This document shows, one piece after another, positions 9,812-18,581 of a stretch of 64,000 nucleotides of DNA (position 1 is the stretch's first letter; every line of letters begins with the position of its first letter). Source of the stretch: an uncultured bacterium (GTDB taxonomy: Bacteria > Planctomycetota > Phycisphaerae > UBA1845); the NCBI GenBank assembly GCA_965371245.1, contig CBDUXT010000022.1, positions 620 through 64,619 of the forward strand, given 5' to 3'. The notes under the pieces were generated by a model. The model was not told where the DNA came from and searched no databases. It saw only the letters and a program-made list of their open reading frames with translations. A program made the position numbers and the translations under genes.

Positions 9812-11743
9812 TTGGGAGCCCAGCGGCTCCGTCCGCGCCTTGAATCGTCGCGTCGGGCCGATTTCGATCTGACGCCAGACCGTTGGCAGCGTTCACAAAA
9901 CAGGCAACCTGTGACCAGACAACCCGACCCACAAGATCGTTCTCGAGCCAAGAGCAACCCGGGTGTGGCACGTCCGGACTCGTTCAGCGAGGACGATCGG
10001 CCATTGGCCGAGATTCGCAAGAACATCCACGACGCCCTGCGAATGGTGTCCATGCATCGGTGGGCGTTCTTCGTTCCCTTCAGCGTCGTCACATGCACGG
10101 CCTTCATCCTTAGCTTGTCCTACCCGAGAACCTACCGCGCGAGCACGACCTTCGAGCGCCGCGATGACCCGGTCATGTTGAGCCTTCAGACGTCGGCGGC
10201 GGCGATGGGGTTCAAACAATTCCGCAGCACCGTCGTCCGTGATCTTCGCTCCGCCGCGTATATGAGCGAAGTGGTCCAGGAGCTCGGGCTCCCCGGCGTG
10301 GACGAACGCACTGAAGATGGCGCGTTGACGGAGGCTGCCGATCATCGACGAACGGCGCTCGCCCGTTCATTGGCCGGGACGCTCAGCGTTCGAGTCACCT
10401 CGCCGAGCGTTCAGTTGGACATAATCACCATCACCTATACGGGTCCGGACCCGGCCATCGGTCGCAAGCTCGTGGACCAGGCCAAGCGAACCTACATCCG
10501 GCGCACCATGAAATGGATCCACGACGACTTCCTCACGCGCCAACGGGAGTATTTCCAGCAGGAGGCGACGGAGGCCCAGCGAGAGCTCCTCGTAGCACGA
10601 AGGCAGGAGCAGGACCTTCGATTGGAGAATCCGCTCGTCGATCCGGCCAACCCCGCGACCATATCGCTCAAGCTCGCACAGCTCGACATGGAGCGCCGTC
10701 GGCTGTTGCTTCGCCAGCGGGAATATCGGGCAGATCGTTCCGCGATAGAGCAGATGCTCGCTGCGGTCGAAACAGCAACGGTGGACAGACTCGGCGTCTT
10801 GGACAAGGAAAAGCCCATCACCACACAGACCCCGCTTAGCGCGGAGGCGCGGGCACTCACCGCCCGCATACGCACGCTCGATAACCAGGTGGCGAACCTA
10901 CGGACCACCCGCGGGATGACCGGCCAGCATCCCGAGGTGGTATCTATCCTGAAAGAGCGTGCCGCCCTGACCCGCCGGCTTGAGCAGCCGCGCGACCGCG
11001 ACCAAGAGGCGATTTTCGTTGCCTTGCCGCCTGCCGTCGCCACAACAACACCGATCGACTTGGCGGCCAGACGCGAACGGGCGAGACTGCTCACTCAACT
11101 TGCCGCGCAGGAAGACAAACTCAAGGAAATCGACATCAGCCTGCAAACGAACCAGCTCAACAGTGAGGAGCATGCCCACGCCAAGGATCTCTTTGCCCAG
11201 AAACAAACCGAATTCGCCGAGCTGCTCGGCGACATCACACAGGCCGGGCAACGACAGCGAAAGGCACTGGCAACCGTTGCCTCGATCCAACCCGCGATCA
11301 CGGCGTTCGAGCGAGGGCGCCTGTTGCTCTTTTCCGAAGGATCCCCAGCGCGAGGCGGAAGCCGTCCCATTTCGCCGAAGGCCTCAACGGTTGTGCTCCT
11401 GGCGCTCTTTTCCGGACTCGCCACGGGGATCGTCTTCGTGGTGCTTGCCGAGGTCTTCGATCACGTCTTTCGGACGTCGAGCCAGGTTGCGCGGGGCCTG
11501 GGCCTGCCCCTGCTCGAATCCATTGACGAGATCGTGACAGCACACGACCGGCGCCGCCGGCTCCTGCAGCGAGCCGTCCTGACACCGATCGTCGTGACCT
11601 GCTTTGTCACGCTGACCGTCTTGACGGGGGCGATGGCCTATCTGAGCATCGAGCGACCGGCCACCTTTGAGAAGCTCCGCAAGTTCCCCGAGGCGGCGAT
11701 CCACCTCTTCGCCGGTGAGCCGCCCTCATCAAAGAACTCCTAA
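9812..11743 (+). CDS. polysaccharide chain-length determinant (Wzz/GumC-like), no kinase domain
   Basis: N-terminal TM after HRWAFFVPFSVV, a long coiled-coil periplasmic region and C-terminal TM segments. TTG start preceded by AGGAG 9 nt upstream. Confidence 0.7.
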   Translation: MGAQRLRPRLESSRRADFDLTPDRWQRSQNRQPVTRQPDPQDRSRAKSNPGVARPDSFSEDDRPLAEIRKNIHDALRMVSMHRWAFFVPFSVVTCTAFILSLSYPRTYRASTTFERRDDPVMLSLQTSAAAMGFKQFRSTVVRDLRSAAYMSEVVQELGLPGVDERTEDGALTEAADHRRTALARSLAGTLSVRVTSPSVQLDIITITYTGPDPAIGRKLVDQAKRTYIRRTMKWIHDDFLTRQREYFQQEATEAQRELLVARRQEQDLRLENPLVDPANPATISLKLAQLDMERRRLLLRQREYRADRSAIEQMLAAVETATVDRLGVLDKEKPITTQTPLSAEARALTARIRTLDNQVANLRTTRGMTGQHPEVVSILKERAALTRRLEQPRDRDQEAIFVALPPAVATTTPIDLAARRERARLLTQLAAQEDKLKEIDISLQTNQLNSEEHAHAKDLFAQKQTEFAELLGDITQAGQRQRKALATVASIQPAITAFERGRLLLFSEGSPARGGSRPISPKASTVVLLALFSGLATGIVFVVLAEVFDHVFRTSSQVARGLGLPLLESIDEIVTAHDRRRRLLQRAVLTPIVVTCFVTLTVLTGAMAYLSIERPATFEKLRKFPEAAIHLFAGEPPSSKNS

Positions 11744-12070
11744 CCCTCAAACCCGACGCCGACCGACATCGGCGAAGACAGTGCTGGGAGGACCGTTTTT
11801 CGCTTGCGACTGGTGCTGCCATTACGATATGCCCAGGCGAAAGCATTACAACGCCCCAAGCCAAAGCGTGCTGTGTGCCGACACCTTACCTGATCGGTAG
11901 GCTGGACCGCCGGCGATGAAGCTTGCTGGGCGTGTGCCCCTTTGCGCGGTCCACGCCCGATGGTAGACTCCCTCCGGTCTTGTAGCCCGCAAAGGCCGGG
12001 ACGTCAGCACGTGGCATCACGGACGCCAGGGAAGGCGAGCCGTCAAAGGTACATGGAGGTTTCCCCACCG

Positions 12071-15000
12071 ATGCACCTAAAGCGAATCAGCATCTGCGGC
12101 TTCAAGAGTTTCTGCGACCGCGCCGACTTCGACTTCGGACCGGGCGTGACCTGCATCGTAGGCCCCAACGGCTGCGGAAAGAGCAACCTCGTCGATGCCT
12201 TCAAATGGGTCTTGGGTGAACAATCCGCCCGCTCCCTCCGCGGTCGGCAGATGGCCGACATGATCTTCAACGGCTCGAGCACGCGCCGGAGCAGCAGCGT
12301 GGCCCAGGTCGATCTGGTCTTCGACAACACCGATCGCTCCTTGGACTACGACGCCGACGACGTCGTCGTCTCGCGCAAGCTCTACCGCTCCGGCGACAGC
12401 GAGTACCTGCTCAACCAGGCGCCGGCCCGTCTGAAGGACGTTCGCGATCTGTTCATGGACACCGGCGTGGGCGTCGATGCCTACTCGGTCGTCGAGCAGG
12501 GCCGGGTCGATAGCTTGTTGCAAAGCAGCCCCACCGAACGGCGCATCATTTTCGAAGAGGCGGCCGGGATCAGTAAGTACAAGGCCCGGCGGCGCGAGGC
12601 CGAGCGCAAGCTCGAACGCACCCAACAAAACCTGTTGCGCATCGAGGACATCATTCAGGAACTCGAGAAGCGCCTCCGCAGTGTGAAACTTCAGGCCGGA
12701 AAGGCCCGTAGCTACAAACAGCTTGAAGATCGCCTCAACGAGCTTCGGTCCAGCTACGCCCTCGCGGAGTTCCACCGCTTCACGGACGAAATCGCTCGTT
12801 TGACAACCGAGGCGCACGGGCAGACCGATTGTGTCACCAGCCTCAAGACCGAAATCGACCGTCACGGCGCGCAGGAAGCGGAAATGGTCACTCGCCTCGA
12901 TCGCCTGGCGGAGGACATTAACGCGGCCGACAGCAGCTTCGTCCAGACCAAGTCCGAACTGCTCGCCCGAGAGGAACGGATCGAGACCGCCCGCGGGCGA
13001 GCCGAAGAACAACGGGTGCTCCTCGAACGGGTCCGCGAACGCCATGCGGCCGACTCGTCCCGCATCGAGGAGTGCCGGCGCGAGCTAGCGTCGCTGCAGG
13101 AGTCGGCCGCCACCTTGGAGACGGAATCCGCCGAGCTGCGCGCATGCGTCGAGCAGATCACCGAACGCGACCGCGCGTTGGCACGAGAGCTCACCCAGTC
13201 CCAGGCCGTCCTGGAAGACGAAAAGGCCGGCATCATCGAGCTTCTCCGCCGCAGCGCCCGGCTGCACAACGAGATTATCCGCCTCAACACCCACCGCGAA
13301 TCGCTGGTCGGCCAGAAGGGCCGTCTCTCGGAGCGCGACGCCATGCTGACCTCGGAACTCGGCACGACGCTGGAGCAACGGGTCCAGCTCGATCGCCGGA
13401 TCCATGAGCTGGACAGTCTCATCGCGGAGGAGACGGAGAAGCTCGAGGAGAAGAAGACGGAGGCCGCACGCGTGGACACCCTCCGCCAGCGGCTCATCGA
13501 CGGGATCGCCGAGGCCAAGCAGCAGCGCAGCGCGATGGCGTCGCGCCGTGAACTGCTCGAAGACCTGCAGCAGCGTATGGAGGGCGTTGGCGTCGCGGCC
13601 CGCCGCATCCTGGACCGCAAGCGATCCGAAGAGCCGTCTGCCGCGCTGCAACAAATCGAAGGCCTGGTGGCCGATGTCTTCGAGACGGACGTCGCCCAGG
13701 CCGCCGTGATCGAGGCCGCCTTGGGCGAAGCAGCGAAGGCCTTGGTCGTCACGCACGGCGGCGCCCTTTTGACCGACGAGGAGCTCTTCGGCGATCTTCC
13801 CGGTCGCCTGGACATGCTCTGTCTCGATCGGCTCCCTCCTGTCATCAACGAACACGACTTTCGGGAAGCACCGGGTTTCGCCGCCCGCGCGATCGACATG
13901 GTTCGCTACGACGACCGATTCGACCACCTCGCCAGACATTTGCTCGGTAAGACCGTCGTCGTCGAAACATTGGCAGTGGCCATGGCGATGGCGGACCACG
14001 ACGTCGCCGGCCACCGATTCGTGACGCTCGCCGGCGAAGTGGTTGAGTCGGACGGCTCGGTTCGAATCGGCCCGCCATCGACCGGCGTCGGGCTGATCTC
14101 TCGTCGTAGCGAGCTGCGTGAGATCGCGACCCAGGCGACCACGCTGGAAACGCGCATCAGCACGTTGCACGATCAGCTCAACCGCACGCAGGCGGAAGCG
14201 GGGCATCTTGACGGCGTGCAACAAGAGCTTCGAACGGCCATCTACGAGTCCAACACCGCCAGGGTTGAGGCGAACGCCGCGCTGCAAAACATCACCGAGA
14301 CGATCAACCGGCTCACGCGGGAGCAGCCACTGATCGCCCAGGAGGTTGCGCTTCTCGAACAAGAGATCGGCGAGGTCCACGAGCGGAGCGCCAGCGAGGG
14401 GAAAACGCTCGCCCAGACCGAGGCGGAGAACACGCAAAGAGAGTCACTGGTCGCCCAACATCAGGCGAGAATCGACGACGTCGTCGCGAGCCGACAAGCC
14501 GTGCAGGAAGAACTGACGCAGGCCAAGGTCAGCGCGGGACAACTGGCCGAAAAACGATCCGCGGCGATAGAGAAGGCGACGGCGACTCAGCGAGTGACCC
14601 ACGAGCTTGAGAACACTCTGGCGAATGCCGAACGCGACGCCGAGGAGTGCGAAAGCCGTATTGCCGACGCAGCCAAAGCGATCGCGCAAGGGCAAGAGGA
14701 TCTCGCGTCCCTCCGAGAACGAATCGACCACCAGGAAGCCAGATGCACCGAGCTTCGGCGCGGTCGAGAAGGGCTCCGTAGCGAGCAGGAAATGCTGGCC
14801 GCCACGATCAAGAGCGCGCGCCAACGCCTGGAAGAAGCGGAGAGACGGGTCCACGAACATGAAATGGCGCTCGCGCAGACGAACGTGCGCCGCGACGACC
14901 TGGTCTCGCGCATCGCCGATGAACTCGACATCAACCTGATCGAGCGGCACGAAGCGTACCAGCACGAAGAGCAGGATTGGGCCGAGGTCGAAACGGAAAT

Positions 15001-15640
15001 TGCCGAGCTGCGACGCAAGCTGGATCGCCTCGGCAACGTCAACCTCGACGCCATCAAAGAGCTGGAAGAGCTCGAGGCCCGCCACCAGTTCCTGACCACT
15101 CAGCGGGACGACCTGACCACCTCACATCGGCAACTCGAGCAGCTTATCGAGCGGCTCAACGCCGAATCGCGCGACCGCTTCGAGAAGCACTTCCAGGAAA
15201 TCCGCGAAAACTTCCGGGCTCTGTTCCGCAAGCTGTTCGGCGGCGGGCGGGCCGACATCATCCTCGAAGACCCCAACGACGTGCTGGAGTGCGGCATCGA
15301 AATTGTCGCCCAACCCCCGGGCAAAGAGCTTCAAGCCATCTCTTTGATGTCGGGTGGGGAAAAATCGCTGACCGCGATCGCTCTGCTCATGAGCATCTTC
15401 AAGTGCCGACCGGCCCCCTTCGCTATCCTCGACGAGGTGGATGCGGCGCTCGACGAGGCCAACAACGAACGCTTCAACCGCATCATCCAGGAGTTCGTCA
15501 CCGAGGCCCAGTTCCTGCTCATCACGCACTCCAAGTGGACCATGAACATCGCCGACCGGCTCTACGGCATCACCATGCAGGAGCCGGGCATCTCCACGCG
15601 CGTCAGCGTCGAGTTCGAAGGCAAGTCCGAGGTGGCATAG
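12071..15640 (+). CDS. smc: chromosome segregation protein SMC
   Basis: Walker A GPNGCGKSN, long coiled coils, hinge, signature LSGGEKSLTAIALL, Walker B FAILDEVDAALD. ATG 12071 (MHLKRISICGFKSF) is the canonical N-terminus. Confidence 0.96.
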   Translation: MHLKRISICGFKSFCDRADFDFGPGVTCIVGPNGCGKSNLVDAFKWVLGEQSARSLRGRQMADMIFNGSSTRRSSSVAQVDLVFDNTDRSLDYDADDVVVSRKLYRSGDSEYLLNQAPARLKDVRDLFMDTGVGVDAYSVVEQGRVDSLLQSSPTERRIIFEEAAGISKYKARRREAERKLERTQQNLLRIEDIIQELEKRLRSVKLQAGKARSYKQLEDRLNELRSSYALAEFHRFTDEIARLTTEAHGQTDCVTSLKTEIDRHGAQEAEMVTRLDRLAEDINAADSSFVQTKSELLAREERIETARGRAEEQRVLLERVRERHAADSSRIEECRRELASLQESAATLETESAELRACVEQITERDRALARELTQSQAVLEDEKAGIIELLRRSARLHNEIIRLNTHRESLVGQKGRLSERDAMLTSELGTTLEQRVQLDRRIHELDSLIAEETEKLEEKKTEAARVDTLRQRLIDGIAEAKQQRSAMASRRELLEDLQQRMEGVGVAARRILDRKRSEEPSAALQQIEGLVADVFETDVAQAAVIEAALGEAAKALVVTHGGALLTDEELFGDLPGRLDMLCLDRLPPVINEHDFREAPGFAARAIDMVRYDDRFDHLARHLLGKTVVVETLAVAMAMADHDVAGHRFVTLAGEVVESDGSVRIGPPSTGVGLISRRSELREIATQATTLETRISTLHDQLNRTQAEAGHLDGVQQELRTAIYESNTARVEANAALQNITETINRLTREQPLIAQEVALLEQEIGEVHERSASEGKTLAQTEAENTQRESLVAQHQARIDDVVASRQAVQEELTQAKVSAGQLAEKRSAAIEKATATQRVTHELENTLANAERDAEECESRIADAAKAIAQGQEDLASLRERIDHQEARCTELRRGREGLRSEQEMLAATIKSARQRLEEAERRVHEHEMALAQTNVRRDDLVSRIADELDINLIERHEAYQHEEQDWAEVETEIAELRRKLDRLGNVNLDAIKELEELEARHQFLTTQRDDLTTSHRQLEQLIERLNAESRDRFEKHFQEIRENFRALFRKLFGGGRADIILEDPNDVLECGIEIVAQPPGKELQAISLMSGGEKSLTAIALLMSIFKCRPAPFAILDEVDAALDEANNERFNRIIQEFVTEAQFLLITHSKWTMNIADRLYGITMQEPGISTRVSVEFEGKSEVA

Positions 15641-15695
15641 CACACCGCTTCCCCCGACCGTCCAGTTCTTCGTTACACGTCGGGCGATTGGTGAT

Positions 15696-15823
15696 CCGAA
15701 CCGCGCCCGTAAGGAAGCGGTGGTCCGTGCCAAGACCGGTGGGTGGCCGACCTCTTTAGAGATGGGGGATTCGAATGGTCACCGGATCCGCCTCGCCACA
15801 GCCAAAGCCATGAGCCACCCAAC
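15696..15823 (+). repeat. composite repeat: family-C left half (15696-15750) fused to family-A copy 2 (15740-15821)
   Basis: GCGCCCGTAAGGAAGCGGTGGTCCGTGCCAAGACCGG matches 59052-59090 and partly 60775-60795. The family-A core has inverted termini TGGGTGGC and GCCACCCA. Confidence 0.7.
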
Positions 15824-15993
15824 CCACAAGTTTTCGAGCGGCGATGGGCTAGCGGCCCATTCGGCGATCCCGCTCTAACCGAGCCGCTTGTCGATAGTTG
15901 TCATCCCCTGCCATGACAGGATCCGCCTGCTGGGTATCATTTGGATTGCGCCGGATTCGATCGGAAAAACCCGCGTCACTCAGGAGCCTGACC

Positions 15994-17847
15994 ATGCGTC
16001 CATTCCATCATAGAAATGTGTTGTTCGCAGGAGGCCTGCTGGTTGCGATGGCGACCGGTGTCGGATGCTCGTCACAAGCGACGCGGCTGGTAGCAACAGC
16101 GCCGGCCTCCACCCACGGCGCGGGGGACTTCGTCACCACGCCGGATCGTTACCTGGCCCACATCGCCCTGCTCGCTCACGACGAACTCGAGGGGCGCGGC
16201 ACGGGGTCGAAGGGGATCGATCTGGCGGCCGGCTACATCGCCGGTCAATACGCGGCGGCCGGCTTGGAGCCGGGCGGACCCGATGGAACCTACTTTCAGG
16301 AGTTCACCATCGGCGGACGGACGGAACTCAAGGATGCCACTGATCTGGCATTCGAGGGAGCGGACGCCAAGGCAACCCTTCAGACCGATTATGTCCCCTT
16401 CGGATTCTCGAGCCAGGCTTCCTTCGCCGGGAACGTGGTCTTTGTCGGGTACGGCATTGTCAACCCGGACGAAAACCACGACGACTACGCCGGCGTCGAT
16501 GTCAGCGGCAAAGTCGCCCTGATGCTACGACGCGACCCGGCCGGCTGGAACGGCGGAAGGACCACGCACGCCCGGTTCGACACCAAGATTAAGCTCGCCG
16601 CTGAAAAAGGCGCGGCCGCCGTTCTGATCGTCAACAAGGACCCCGGCGAGGACGGAATCGACGGATTGATGCGCTTTCGCTCTCGTGGGACGGACCACGG
16701 TCTGCCGGCCTATCACGTCAAGCGAACGCTGGTGGATACGCTTCTGGCCGCGGGCGGTCTTGCCTCCATCACGGAGCTTCAGACCGCGCTAGATGAAAAA
16801 GGCAGCGGCGTATCGGCCGAGCTGAAGGGCGTCGGCGCGCGGGGGACGGTTTCCTATGAGGCCGACGAGATGCTCGCACGCAACGTCATCGGCCTCCTGC
16901 CCGGCAACGGTCCACAGGCAAGCGAATACGTGGTGATCGGCGGCCACTACGATCATCTCGGCAACCGCAACGACCGCATTCACAACGGCGCGGACGACAA
17001 CGCCTCCGGCACGGCCGGGGTCATCGAGCTGGCACGCGCCCTTGCGAACACACCGCGGCGCAATCGAAGTGTGTTGTTCATGGCATTCACCGGCGAGGAG
17101 ATGGGCCTGCTCGGCAGCAAGCACTTCGTCGAGTCGCCAACCGTCGAACGCGGCTCGATCGCGGCGATGATCAACATGGACATGATCGGGCGGCTCGACA
17201 ACGAAGACCATATGAACATGCTGGCCGTGCAGGGACTGGGCACCGGCGATTCATTCCCGGGCATCATCGAACGACACGCACCGGCGCTGGGTCTCCCCTA
17301 TCTGCCCGACCAAAGCGCCAAAGGGCCGAGCGACCACGCCCCCTTCTACGACGCCGGCGTGCCGTCGCTGTTTTTCTTCACCGGGGTCCACTCCGACTAC
17401 CACCGCCCGGGTGACGACACGGGCAAGATCAACGCGGAAGGCGCGGTCCGCATCGTCGAGCTGGTCTATCGAACGGCCGTGGACATTGTCAACGCGACCG
17501 ACACACCGCAGTACGCCGAAGTGAACGAGCCGGCCGTCATCTTTCGCACCGCGAGTTCAACCGGTCGCAGTCGCGGCGTGACCATGGGCATCATGCCCGA
17601 TTCGGACGACGAATCGGACGCCCCGGGCTGGCGCGTTGCCCAGGTAATACCCGACGGTGCGGCCGACAAGGCGGGTATGCGCGACGGCGACCGCATCCTG
17701 AAAATCGACGGGCAAGACATCGACGGCTTCGGTGCCTATCGCACGGCCACCCGAGACAAATCACCCGGCGACACCATCGACGTGGTCATCCTGCGTCATG
17801 GCAAGGAACTGACGCTGGCGCTAACGCTGGCAGGCCGCGGCGGGTAG
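15994..17847 (+). CDS. M28-family aminopeptidase with PA domain and C-terminal PDZ domain (lipoprotein)
   Basis: Lipobox LVAMATGVGCSS. M28 metal ligands HYDHLG, GADDNASGTAGVIELA and FTGEEMGLLGS. PDZ segment GWRVAQVIPDGAADKAGMRDGDRILKIDG. Confidence 0.85.
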   Translation: MRPFHHRNVLFAGGLLVAMATGVGCSSQATRLVATAPASTHGAGDFVTTPDRYLAHIALLAHDELEGRGTGSKGIDLAAGYIAGQYAAAGLEPGGPDGTYFQEFTIGGRTELKDATDLAFEGADAKATLQTDYVPFGFSSQASFAGNVVFVGYGIVNPDENHDDYAGVDVSGKVALMLRRDPAGWNGGRTTHARFDTKIKLAAEKGAAAVLIVNKDPGEDGIDGLMRFRSRGTDHGLPAYHVKRTLVDTLLAAGGLASITELQTALDEKGSGVSAELKGVGARGTVSYEADEMLARNVIGLLPGNGPQASEYVVIGGHYDHLGNRNDRIHNGADDNASGTAGVIELARALANTPRRNRSVLFMAFTGEEMGLLGSKHFVESPTVERGSIAAMINMDMIGRLDNEDHMNMLAVQGLGTGDSFPGIIERHAPALGLPYLPDQSAKGPSDHAPFYDAGVPSLFFFTGVHSDYHRPGDDTGKINAEGAVRIVELVYRTAVDIVNATDTPQYAEVNEPAVIFRTASSTGRSRGVTMGIMPDSDDESDAPGWRVAQVIPDGAADKAGMRDGDRILKIDGQDIDGFGAYRTATRDKSPGDTIDVVILRHGKELTLALTLAGRGG

Positions 17848-17959
17848 TGAACATCTGTCCCGAGCCGCGGGCTTCAGACCGCGCGGACATACGGCACTTA
17901 ACGACGGTCCGGTCGGCGGCGAGCCACGTTGGCTGACCCACTCGGTTGAAGGCCTACCA

Positions 17960-18190
17960 GTGACCGACGAACCTGTCACGATTAGCCTTAGAAGAGCTCA
18001 GGCGCTCGTACTTTTCGAATGGCTCAGCCGCTGTGACGACGAAGAGTCCTTGCCCTTCTGGGATCCGTCGGAACAGAAAGTGCTCTGGATCCTCACGGGG
18101 CAGTTGGAGAAGGTTCTTGTAGAACCGTTGCAGCAAGACTATGGGCAAATCATAGAAAGAGCACGGAAGACCGTGAACCAAGAGGATTGA
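17960..18190 (+). CDS. small hypothetical protein (76 aa) in a low-GC islet
   Basis: Clean 76-aa ORF in visibly lower-GC DNA. The acidic helical sequence (ALVLFEWLSRCDDEE...) resembles a small conserved family I cannot name. Confidence 0.4.
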   Translation: MTDEPVTISLRRAQALVLFEWLSRCDDEESLPFWDPSEQKVLWILTGQLEKVLVEPLQQDYGQIIERARKTVNQED

Positions 18191-18245
18191 GACGTTTCCG
18201 CAAGGAGAGGATCGCCGCATAGGGAAGGAAACGCGCGTGGCATGC

Positions 18246-18536
18246 CTAAGCGAAGCGCAGGCATGGTGACTCGTGTGACCGAGTCAGCCGTGGGTTCCAA
18301 CATGCCCGCGCGCATAGCTTGCGAATGCCACCTGCCGATCGCTTGCGACAAGAACACGTCGCACTCAGTTGGTTACGGATTTGCTGCTCCAAGGTCTTCG
18401 CCGCAATTCCCGCCGTAACGGATTTCACGAGGTCGAACGTCATCGATAAACCCTTGGGCAAGAGCGTCTGCTTTGTTCGCGTCCAAACGGTCTCGCTTCG
18501 TAGCGCGTCCAGGAACTCGTGCCCAGACCAGGTCAA
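18246..18536 (-). pseudogene. DUF2513-like C-terminal fragment
   Basis: Begins with TWSGHEFLDALRSETVW, which I recall as the C-terminal signature of DUF2513 proteins. The N-terminal winged-helix half is absent, with only 45 nt to the neighbouring gene. The tail of the ORF looks like read-through. Confidence 0.35.
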
Positions 18537-18581
18537 TCCAACCGGCCGGCCCTGGTCAGCCCTGCCGAACCCTGGCAGGCG

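Noticed and set aside
12077-14437. Three long minus-strand ORFs (322, 345 and 450 aa) overlapping smc
   Set aside because: They are antisense shadow ORFs, as expected in high-GC DNA. They are low-complexity and Arg/Ala/Ser-rich with no motifs. The plus-strand frame encodes an unmistakable SMC protein.
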